Source: Yuukianura sp. NJ FZ-2021 (taxonomy: Eukaryota). Taken from it: a stretch of DNA of 64,000 nucleotides. Below are positions 24,683 to 44,175 of this stretch, piece after piece. The first letter of the stretch is position 1, and each line of letters starts with the position of its first letter. The notes under the pieces are model-generated. The model worked only from the letters and a program-made list of their open reading frames with translations, had not been told where the DNA came from and made no database searches. The DNA is taken from NCBI GenBank assembly GCA_046563655.1, contig CM102288.1:310001-374000 (forward strand), given 5' to 3'. Made by a program: the position numbers and the translations under genes.

Positions 24683-25766
24683 ATGGTAAGTTGTAATTAA
24701 TTACAATTAAAGTATTAAAGTGTACTGTATGCTTCCAAGTATGAATTGACAGTACTTCTAACTGGATTGCTACTTTTTCCAGGGTGTTGACATCAACCAC
24801 AAATGGGATCGGAAGGTTCGAAGAACTGAGCCTCGTTCGGAAGACGTTTACCTCCGTCTGTTGGTCAAACTGTACCGATTCCTGGCACGAAGGACGAATT
24901 CCAAGTTTAACCGGATCATTCTGAAGCGACTCTTTATGTCCAGAATCAATCGACCTCCGTTGTCCATTGCTGGACTCAGTCGGCTGATGAAGAAGCCAGG
25001 ACGAGAGGGCAAGGTTGCCGTCATTGTGGGAACTGTGACTGATGACAAGAGGATATACGATATCCCAAAACTCACGGTACTTCAACTTGTGATTAATTAA
25101 GTTAATGTTGAATTCAATACTTGGTCTGATGAGGACTGTCCCTTTGGGATGGACTTCGTTGGATCGTCACGGTGTCGAAACTGTTACGATAACAGTCTAA
25201 TTCACATCCGTAGTATTGAAAAGTAAACTAACTTCGCAGGGTAACCTGCTTGAGGTCAAAGGCTTGCATATTCCAGAATCTTCCAATAGCCCCTTAGGCT
25301 CTGATTTGGGAGACAGGCCATGCAATGTACAGTTAATTTCAGCTTCAAAACTGACAACTTTTTACAAATCTGAATCAAAATACTAAAGTCAATTTTTGTT
25401 TTTCAGCTTTGTGCTCTGCGTGTGACAGACAAAGCCCGTGCTCGGATCCTCAAAGCCGGTGGAGAGATCATCACGTTCGATCAGTTGGCACTGCGAGCGC
25501 CATTGGGTCAGAAAACAGTCCTTGTTCAAGGTCAGTCTCCTGACATTCACTTTCATATGAGTCATCAATTTATTATGCTGTGATCAGCTTGTGCTAAAAG
25601 TGTTTGAATTTTGAAAACAGGAAAGAGGAATGCTCGTGAGGCTGTGAAGCACTTTGGTCCAGCTCCTGGTGTCCCACACTCACACACGAAGCCCTACGTA
25701 CGATCCAAGGGACGGAAATTCGAGAGAGCTCGTGGTCGTCGTGCTTCATGCGGTTACAAGAAGTAA
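24683..25766 (+). CDS. RpL18: 60S ribosomal protein L18 (eL18)
   Basis: Exons 24683-24685 (ATG only), 24783-25076, 25407-25530 and 25621-25766. Translation [18 protein letters not shown]...[25 protein letters not shown]. Confidence 0.98.
25113..25334 (+). ncRNA. Intronic H/ACA snoRNA, U17/SNORA73/snR30-like
   Basis: The 5' domain is closed by TTCAATACT/AGTATTGAA, followed by H box AAAGTA (25220-25225) and an internal hairpin GCAGG-GTAA-CCTGC. The 3' hairpin (TTGCAT/ATGCAA, TCTTCCAA/TTGGGAGA) carries m1-like ATATTCCA (25268) and m2-like AGGCCAT (25315). ACA box at 25329-25331. Confidence 0.8.
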
Positions 25767-26848
25767 ACTAAGACAGGAACAACATTCTAAGTAAATTCTT
25801 ATTATTCAGTTTCCTCGAATTCAAAACAAAGAACGTTTTTAATTGAATAAAATAACCTCTACTCTTGTAGTTAAGTTGTAAGTCTTGTTAAGCATTATCG
25901 CATCATCTTAGAAATGTACTTGACCTTGACCTTATTTCTGCAAGTCACAAGTTTCTACTTCTTTTCTAAGTTCATCGACTCGCTAGACTTGCGTGGAAGG
26001 TCAGAAAGTTGATCAATTGTTTAAAACCAAAAACTTTTCTTTTGCAATTCCAATTTCTTGAACCAGAACTCTTGTATTTTCAACAGGAATTGGTCAACTC
26101 TAGCACGTACGTGAAGTATTGCCCACCCTTTCATAGCACTTTTTAGTATCGCAGTGGCACTGGACCGAAACGACAGTGCGTTTTGCTAAAAAGCAACGCA
26201 TGGGTGAACGAAAGGAAAAGTTTTTGAGTAATACAAAAGAAGTTAAAGGCGTGGAGTAAAAAATTATGATCTTTTAACAATTTGAAGATTTTGGTTACAA
26301 GATAACTTCAAACTTTTGCTTTTGATTTGGGTGTGGTCTTCTCTCAGCCAAAAACAAATTATGTCCTCCCCTTTACCGTTAAAAAGCAACAACAACTTAA
26401 CTTTTACAAAGTTCCTTTGTTGTAAAGTACTATAAGTTATAGTATTTACTTATTTGGTCACTTTTTTGTTTTGGCAAGTGAAGTTTGCAAATTTTGCAAA
26501 TTGAAGGTTCAGTCGACAAGAGGAAGCTCAAGTGGAGAGAAGGAAGTGGATTTTCAAGTTTCCAAATCACAAAAGTCAATTTTTTTGTGTGCAAATTGCA
26601 AAGTCAAATGAATAATCGTTTGAATTGTGACCTTGATTTTCCAATTTCATTTTTCATAAAATTGAAATCCGTTTTCTGACAGAATCTGCTAAATCACAAT
26701 CACTCAAGATTTCAGAAAGTGAAACTGAAAATTTACATTTTGCTTCAGTTTAAAATTTTTGGAATTTCAGCACATCGGTTCGCACCATATCTACACTCTT
26801 GTCGAACTACAAAACCTAGTTTTTTTAAAAACTGGACAATTTAAAAAA

Positions 26849-27710
26849 ATGCAACGGACGTCAAAGTTGCGTTGGTCGTTTTGCTGTTGCATGAGTCGAA
26901 GAACGGGAGCCCTCATCGCTGGGATTATGAACATTGTAAGTATTTGAATTTTTGACACTCAATATGCAATTATCTGTTTTTCGCTGACCTCTGACCTCTG
27001 CTGTTAAAATTTGAAATGTTTTAGATTTTAGGAATTTTGTGCATACTTGCTACAACGGCCATTTTGGCTCAAAATTTAACAGAACAAGGTGCTCTGCAGG
27101 AACTGGAAGTGAATGACGAGAAGGTCATTGCATTACAACAATTAATTGCAGGTAAAGCGTAAACAATGTGTACATGTTAAACAGGATGCAAGTGACCTCT
27201 GACCTTCGTCGACTTTTAATTTCTTCGAGGTCAACAACTTAAAATGCTTCCTTAATTTTCCATTTTAGGTTTCATACTCATAGTCATTGCGTGTGGCTTA
27301 CCTGCACTCATTACACTCGTTACTGGAATTGTTTCCATCATTTCCACCTCAAGCGTATGCAAATTTTCAAATTTTACTTTGCAAAATTCTTGTAAAAAAT
27401 GGATTTCAAAATTTGTACTTTTCAGAAAAACGCATGTTTTGCTGCCTACGCAGTGGCACTCAGTTTTCTACTTGTGATCACACTGGCTGGAACGACCATT
27501 TTCTTATTCGTCCTTGGCCTCCGCACGTCGCTTCTCATTGTGTACTGCACAGCCACACTTTTACAAATCTACTTTGCCTCAATTTTGTTTCAATTCTACA
27601 AACTACGAACGAGTTGGCGGATTCAGCAATCCAAAAGTCCGGAACAAATGACTATCGGCGCAGACGCAGATGGAGACGAAGCGAGAAAACTTGCTGCAAC
27701 TGACCCTTGA
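26849..27710 (+). CDS. Four-TM membrane protein with N-terminal CCCMS.RTG motif (DUF4728/LAPTM-like)
   Basis: Four exons: MQRTSKLRWSFCCCMSRRTGALIAGIMNI | ILGILCILATT... | FILIVIACGLPALI... | KNACFAAYAVALSFLLV...AATDP*. Confidence 0.75.
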
Positions 27711-28429
27711 CCTCTGACCTAACAGGAGTATTTTAGAACAGACCACAAACTGAACAGTTATGTTCCGAGCTATTATTTTTATATTTTTGTAATAAAATAC
27801 ACGTTGGTTTTCAGTTTCACTATCGGAATGTTTTCGATATTTGAGTAAAGGCAAAGAAAAAGTTTAATTTCAGTATTTTTTTTACAGTTTATTTTTGAAT
27901 TTGTAGTCGTTGACCCCTGTTTCTGTCATTTCCAAAAGGTCAAACGAATCTGGAATGTGGTCGGCTTCTGCTTTAGGTTCAAATGTTGATGTAGCAGCTT
28001 CTGTTGTACTGTTTTCACTAGCGAAACTTGATTTTAAAAAGTTTTGGCAAAAATTTCCAATTAGAACAACAAAAGTTATCGAAATTGCTTGAACAAAATG
28101 CATTTCTGCTTTCAAAGTTCAATTAGCACAGAGGAAACTAAACCCTATAGAGTAAACATCATTGCAGACCCACATATTTTTATTAACAATAAAATAAGTA
28201 ATATTTTTAATAGCCTAATTAAATCTATAAACTAAAAGCTAATCCTAAAGGTAACAGTTTCAACAGTTCTGATTCTGCGCAGCTCAGAAACGCTATTTGT
28301 CTTTTGACTCGTTTTTTTTAAAATCGTTTTTAACCTAATTTGTAAAAGCTGCGCTTGACTTTTCAGTGTTTTAATTTAAAATTGATCACTCATCATTCTT
28401 TAAATTATTTGAATTTCATAATTTGAAAG

Positions 28430-36922
<8,493 letters not shown>

Positions 36923-39238
36923 TTTTCTGAAAAAAAAAATTGGTGTTCTAGTTGAATTGAATTGAATTTAAAACTTTAGTTTTAATTTTTAGCAAATAAC
37001 TTCGTGTAAATTAGAACACAACCTACTGAAAAATTTTAAACAAATACGAATGTAGATGACCTTGTTTCGAAGTTGGAATTTTAAAGTTAAGGAATTTCAA
37101 AATTTGTGCAAGGCTCTGAGCAACTTCGAAATTTCACTTTTCAAGTTTGGATTTTGAAACTTTTGTTCAAAATTTTGTGACTACTACATGTATGGCCTTG
37201 CATAACTGTCAAATTCCACGTCAGGACTGACGACAGACGCTGACCGTTGAGAAGAGGAAAGACAAAGAGTCATCGCGAATTTGGATCGTACGATCAAATT
37301 CGCCATTTCTCCGCCCCTTCATAATTTTTGCAAACGAGTTTTGGCAATAGGAAATCATGTCCCTTTGCTTTCTCATTTTCCAATTCGCATGTTTCATGTG
37401 TTGTCATTTCCCAAACGCAATTCGCACTTAACGTAAATGCTCTTATGAAATCCAAACGCATGTTTTAGTGAATTGCGTGGAAGAATTTTGCAAAAAGTTC
37501 TACTCTTGTGACTTTTGCAAAAATTTCGCCATCCAGATGCTGAGATCTCAAAATAGTGATTGTTTTTTAAGTTAATTGATAAATATTTAACACTTCAGCG
37601 TTTTTTGACAATTGACAAGTGAAGTACCTATGCACTAAAATTACTCATCTTCGCAAATTGTGCAAAAAAAAATTTCCAGAGATCATCCGACTAAATCTTC
37701 TGACTCAACTTAATGCCCATGCCTTTGTACTATGAAAAGTGGCCTGATCTTTTTTGCTAACTTTTTTTTTGCACATTGGTGGTCCACGTCAACTTGTGTA
37801 ATTTTTGCAAATTATGTCGGCTAGCGTGAGAGTATCATGCCACGAGTAGATGATGACTCTAGAGGATAAACTGCCTTCACCTTCTTAAATTTAGCAATTG
37901 GTCGCTTAAACCACTTTGCAAAATTTAAATCCACAATTTGCAATTTGCGAATAAACCAATTGCTACAAGGCTAAAAGTGGCCGCTAATTCGCGATTAATT
38001 TCAAGACTTGACGTTATCATGACCTGCAGTGTATCATCTTCTCCTATTGCGAATTTCCTGACCTTCAGACACAAGCGGGAGTGCAAACTTACAAATTGCG
38101 AATTTGGAACTGCGACACAGTTTAAGAGGATGAGTGACCTTGCCAATTTGTGGAGGGCAAGAGTGTGGAGTGGATTGCATAACCTATGATAACTTATTGC
38201 GAAGTTTTTGCAAACTGGAAATTTACCGCATTTTGTTAAAAATATACCGCTTATTTCTGAGTTGTAAACTTATTTCGTGTCAACAAGCGCCAGGTAGCAA
38301 GTTACTTAGCAATTATTGTCAATATTGCAGAATTTTTTTGCAATGTCATTTTTTGCAAGTTCATGTTCAATGGATGATTGACATTGTGCATGTAACGTGT
38401 GCGAAAAGTGACTGCTTCACGCTAGTCATTAAACTGTGAGCCAATTGTGTCATTGTTTCTGTAAACAATGGACTAATTTCAATTTGCAAATATTTTGAAG
38501 TAGCTGTGCAAAAATTTTAGCGAAATCGCAATTTGGGATTTTCGTAACCCTGTCAAGGCCCCTCTTTAAAAAAACAGGAGAAACTATTTTATGAAAAGTA
38601 CGAAGGAATTTCTTAAAATTGTTTTCGGATAAGGAAAGTGTGCAAAATCGAAAATCAATATTGATTGTTTTCATTTGCGAATTTGCCAAAACCAAAACAT
38701 TGAATAATTTACAAACCACTTCAGAGGACACCCAATGACTCACACGCTATTGGCTTTAAAAAAAAGAGAATGAAAGTGTAAAAGCCGAATTGTCTCCTAT
38801 GCAAAATTTCTGAGAATTTGCAAAACTCCCTCGATATTTTGTTTCTTTTTTTGCAAAATCGACGACGCCTGAACACGTTTTTCCAGGTTTGGATCGGATG
38901 ATCTTCCTGCACTGGAAGTGCATGCGTCAAGATATGGTGTGATGTGATCACTTTTGCAATTTTTTTGCACAAAGCAGATCAATAGGTTCCGTCTCTACCT
39001 TATGCCGCCGGTGTTTGCACAAAGTGCATGAGCAAATCCGCAAATTTGCAAATTGATGAGACAAAAGCAAAGTTAAGGGTGAAGTCATATCCTGCACATA
39101 ATCTTAACATTCATCCTTAAAACTAACAAAAAAATCTGCCGGAATAATTCAAAATATCGAAGATGATGAAAAATTTTGAAAAAATTGCAACTGAATTTTT
39201 GATAGCGTTAGATAGTTTTGATTTTGAAATTATCTTAC

Positions 39239-39644
39239 CTTTTCAGTTGTGTAAAGTCTTCGTGGAAGTTGCGAAAATTGGAGTTGAAGATTTTTTATTT
39301 GCAATTAAACTTGCTACACCGGCGTAGTTACTATTGTGGGTCTGCTTCAAAATATCGTCGATTGGTGTAGGTAAAGAATTTTTGCAATTTTGCGAAATCT
39401 CGTGTGTAAAGTTTGCACACTTTTCCGGACGAAGTGCCTGAGCCGAAGGTTCGGAGGCAAAAGAGGTTGAGAAACACTTTCCAGTTAGTTTTATTTATAA
39501 GAGTACATTCAAAAGTGCTTCTCTGGATTCTCCAGCACCCAAAACCCACTTATCACTTTTTGCACATAGAAAAAGTAGCGCCACTCCAGTCAATAGCTTT
39601 GCAAATTCGCAAAACTTCATTTTTGCATGTTCACATCACACCAC
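39239..39644 (-). promoter_or_regulatory. Probable FASN non-coding first exon and promoter (TATA box, SRE-like site)
   Basis: Minus-strand donor AG|GTAAG at 39239/39238, minus-strand TATAAA at 39499-39494, and ATCACACCAC at 39635-39644 (one mismatch to SRE-1 ATCACCCCAC). An acceptor lies just upstream of the FASN ATG. Confidence 0.5.
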
Positions 39645-41179
39645 CCGCACGGTCATGTCATATGTAAGCTTCACGATCACTCTCCTCAACCTAAGTAATA
39701 CACTTCAAAATTTTCACTTGGCTACAAATGAAAATAAAAAATACTTTTTTTATTTTCAAAATTTCACATTAAAATTTGAAAAGCTGTTCGAAAATTTTCA
39801 GAAGGGATGGAATTTATGACGCGAAACCATTCATATTTTCTTTGCAAAAACTTTTTTTTATTGTAATTTTATTCTTGTCATTTTTTCATTCGTAACTTAA
39901 AACTTGTTTTGACGAATAATTGCATAAGACTTAATTTATCGGAAGGAACAAGGAAGAAGTAACACAAAGATTTCCACTTCATTGTTGATTGTTGTCTCAA
40001 ATTTTCGCGAAATTGAAATTTCGCGAATTGTGAATGAAAACAGAAGCCGTCACTGGAAAAAATAAGATGCATAAAAGCTAAAATAGTAAACACATTTCTT
40101 CCAGGTACTATTTGAGGAAACCGTGAAGATTTTGAAATTTTTTAAAAAAAATTTATGGGATTTGAATTTTTTTTTTATTGAAATTTTAAATATTCTGGAT
40201 TGTTACATTAATTTAGGCGCTGCTCATGCCATGTCAAATGGCATGAGGATCACTCATGAGTTGACCTCTAGTGGTCACCATGACCTTCCGCATTGTGCAT
40301 GTTCAAGTGGAATGGCAGAATGGCACATGCACCAACAGTGTGAAACCAATCATTCACTAGTCATACGATTTCAGACTGAAACAACTTTTTTTCAACAACT
40401 TTTGCAAAAAAAAATTGCAAAAATCTCGCCATTGAATTTCTGGTTCACTTTTCTTTTCTTCTGCCAGGAAAAGATTCGTTTTAGAGTTTAGGGATTCGTT
40501 TAAACGGCTCGTCGCTGCCTCTTTTAGTTCGAAATTTGCAAAAATGTGAATTTGCGAAATTGGAAGGTCAGCAGGGCTTAAGACAGTGTGATGAGGAAAT
40601 AAGTGGAAAGCATGCAATACAGATTAAGCAGTGGCAAAGAAAGGCAAACAGAATCAAGCATCAAACTGATGACCTTTGACCTTTCTGTCCAGTGAATTCT
40701 AAATTAAACTTTTTCTGGATTGATGAGCTAACTTTTAATCAAACTTATGAAACAAAATTCAAGCCAGAATGCGCTAGATTCTCGATTTGAAATTGCGCAG
40801 TTCCAACTGCTTCGATTTTTTCTTAATTTTGACGCAAGCAGGATTTGACCTTTTGACCTTCCTTCAAACCATCGAATTTCTTGGTTCAATAGCTGATGAA
40901 AATGACGCTTTTCAGTGCAAAATATTTGACAAATTTTCATATAGATAAGACCGTCTCGAGCTCGACGCGACGTCTAATTTAAATTTTTTGAGCGGGAAAA
41001 GAGCCGATATTTTTAAGTTTTCAAGTTTCAAACGTAAACATCGACTTTTCAACAAAATAGAAGGAAGGCGCAGCTGATTCTGAGGTCAAAGGTCACCAGG
41101 TCACTTGTTCCGGATCAAACTAAGGTGATTTGTTAATTAATCAATTAACATTTGTCTTTGTAGCTAGCAGACCACTGTT

Positions 41180-42034
41180 ATGGAATTTCCAACGTTGGGA
41201 CAACGATGTGCCCATGAGGGTTGTGCCCAATTAGATTTTTTGCCATCAGAATGTACCCATTGCCACTTAACGTTTTGCAAAGAACATCACTTGCCCATGC
41301 ACCATAGTTGCACTGGCTATGTCGACAATGTCGTCAGTGACGAAGCAGCTCAGCAACGAGACAAATGGCAGTTCAAATGTTCTCATCCCGAGTGTCACGT
41401 TAAGGAACTCGTCCAAATCAATTGCATCAAGTGCCACCGTCACTTCTGTCTCCAGCACCGCCATTTTGATCAACATGAGTAAGGCACGACATTAGAAACG
41501 TTTATAAAACGAATTTTGCATTTCTCACGCTTTGATCTGGTTAGGTGCGTTCGTGAAAGAGAACCAAAGGGAAAACCAATTCCAGCCGAGTTGCAAGCGA
41601 GTAAGGATCTGCAAGGAAAGGTCAAAGATGAGGTCAATGCTAAATTAGAAGAAGCTAAAGCTGCCGGTGGACACAAAGGAGCCATGGCACACAAACTGGC
41701 TCTGATGAAACTAAAAGCTAGAGCGAAAGGAGACAACGCAGTTCCAAGGGATTCTCGTGTCTTCTTCTCCATTGACTGCTTCAATCGCCAACAAAATCCG
41801 GTTCCACTTGACCTGTTCTTTGACAAATCCTGGACAATGGGCAAGGTCATTGACGTTGTAGCCAAAACTGGAAGTATCAAAAACAGAAACCATCTTCCTG
41901 GACAGCCAGTTCTTCACATCTTCAAAGGAGAAACATGTTTGTCACTTCCGTTTGACAGAACGATACAAACACTAATCTCTGAAGACCTACTCTGTGATGG
42001 CGATTCTCTTTCACTGAAGCAAATTCAAAACTAA
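41180..42034 (+). CDS. ZFAND1: AN1-type zinc finger protein with C-terminal ubiquitin-like domain
   Basis: Two AN1 fingers (C..C.QLDFLP..C..C...FC.EH and C..C.RHFCLQHRH). One intron at about 41479-41545. ALMKLK.RA.GD and W..GKVID motifs. Confidence 0.85.
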
Positions 42035-42271
42035 TCAATGTTTCTACAAACTCTTCCTGTTAAAATTGGCAAGAATTGATACGATCTTAATCTTCTAAAA
42101 TATAACACTACATTAACATTGGGTTAATAAAAAAGATCGTCTTGAATTCGCGGAGAAGTGTTCAGTAGTCTTCTTATTTCACCTAATTCTAAAATTTCTG
42201 TCGGAAAATGAAACTTCTAAATGCTTCCAGCATTAACTCAGTATTTGATATTTTTTCAGGTGGAAACCACA

Positions 42272-43060
42272 ATGCTGCTTCGATGTCTCACACAATCGAT
42301 ACCGAAATTACTTGAGAGGCCGGTTCGATACTTTTCAAAATCCGGACGAAACTGGACATTACCGACAGAAACAGTGAAGGGAAAAGAAGAATTAGTCAAG
42401 GACATCATGCTGTACCGACACGAACGACCGCGGATCATGATGTACATCAGCATATTTGCATTCTTCCAAGGCACACTCTGGACACTGTTGGGACGAAACT
42501 TGTTGGACATGAAGGATTTACCGGTAGAAACAAACGAATCTACTCCATTTTGGAAAAGTATCAACTGGGGAAGCACTCCTGTTAAAAGTGCAATGGCTGC
42601 TACCTCGTTCCTCATTGGTCAGTTTCAATTCAGCGATTTTTAGTATCATTTCATGAATGTTAGTTTAACCTTTCTTTTGCTTTTTAGCAACGCTGTCACT
42701 AACTATCGGATCCTTCTATGTTATACGATCCGTTCGTTATATCGTTTTAAGGAAAAACCGCGAAATGGTTACAGTCGTAACGTTTACACCGTTTGGAAGA
42801 AACCGGTTCATTGATGTACCGCTTAACCAGGTAAAGCTGGTGAAATTTCAGTTTTAATTAAAAGTAATTAAGTTTAATTTGAAATTAAGTTATCCTTGTT
42901 TTAATTGCAGTTGAGCTGTCAAGGAAGTAGGACCGGAGGTGGCAACATGCCACTCAAAATCAAAGGACGATGGTTCATGTTCATTGTGGATACAACGAGT
43001 GGAGTTTTTCCTAACACCAAACTCTTTGACCAAACTGTAGGAATTTATAGAAAACTTTAG
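42272..43060 (+). CDS. TMEM223: Transmembrane protein 223 (mitochondrial)
   Basis: Mitochondrial-type N-terminus, KDIMLYRHE, two TM segments, RSVRYIVL, and PLKIKGRWFMFIVD..GVFPNTKLFDQTVG. Three coding exons. Confidence 0.85.
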
Positions 43061-43494
43061 TAAAATGTGTAATTTAATTTATATTTACGTAAAAATTTAG
43101 CATATGTCAATACAGTTCTCTTAATGGACTTTTGTACTAAAACTTTTGTGCCCATTTTACTTAAATAGAAATGGAAATTATTGGAAGCTCTTCGTTCTAT
43201 CATCATCATTCATCGCTGGTTGAAGACATGCCATTTTTCATACTTGCGGTTTTTAAAAAAACTGATACATTCGAGTAGCCGACCTGGAAAGAAAATTTCG
43301 GAAAATTTTGAGAAAACGTGGAAAAAATTAGAGAGGAAGTTGGTTTCCCTTCCGGTCTACCGCAACGCCAACTACATTTTCACACACCGAGCGACCAGTC
43401 ATTTCAATTGATTCAGATTCCTGGACTTTCAATTTCACAATTTCCTCCCAATTTAATTTCAATTTCAATTTCACAATTTATTACTCTAAGAATT

Positions 43495-44108
43495 ATGGAT
43501 TCATCAGTGCTTCCTAGCAGGTTTACGCTCGTGTTCATTGGATTTCTTCTGCTGCTGCTACTGTCAAATTTTCAAATTGAAGCTCGAGCCAGACTGGGCA
43601 GAAACAACAACAACAATCCCGTAAGTGTCAATATATCAAGTAATTTCAAAATTTTCAGCTCATTTTAGAAAAAGTAGAACAAAATTAACAGAAAATTAAC
43701 CGAAAAAAAACAACAAATTCTTTTTGCTTTTCGCTCTTTTGCTAACCTTATTCTGGATTTTTTAATCAAAACTTTGAAATTGTGGAATTCAATTCAATTT
43801 TTGATTTTTTTTTGTAGGAATCTGAGCATGCCCGTGACCTTTTGAAGCTGCAAGACGCAATTGTTTCTGAATTGACTTATGAATTGGACCAAGGAATTGA
43901 CCCCGCTCCTGAAAATGTTGCGGAAGTACTGGAATCAGAATACGGTGACACTGATTGGTGGCAGCGATTGGTCAATCGTTTTAAAGAATCCGCCATTTTC
44001 AAAACAGTCAAAGATCGTGCTCGCAAGGAATACGACGAAAACTGGGCTCCAGCCATACGAAAAGGAGTTAACAACATCCTGCCAACACTGCGGAAATACC
44101 TTGAATAG
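43495..44108 (+). CDS. Small secreted protein of unknown function
   Basis: Exon 43495-43620 (signal peptide ...FLLLLLLSNFQIEA) splices in phase 0 to 43818-44108. Confidence 0.7.
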
Positions 44109-44175
44109 AAAATTTTTTGAAGAATTTGAAGGTCAATGACCTTTGACCTCTGCAATTTATTGCAATTCCATGCTT

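Noticed and set aside
25126..25304. Box C/D snoRNA reading (CTGATGA...CTGA) of the RpL18 intron
   Set aside because: The C box lacks the leading purine, no terminal stem flanks the pair, and the H/ACA U17 architecture explains the region better.
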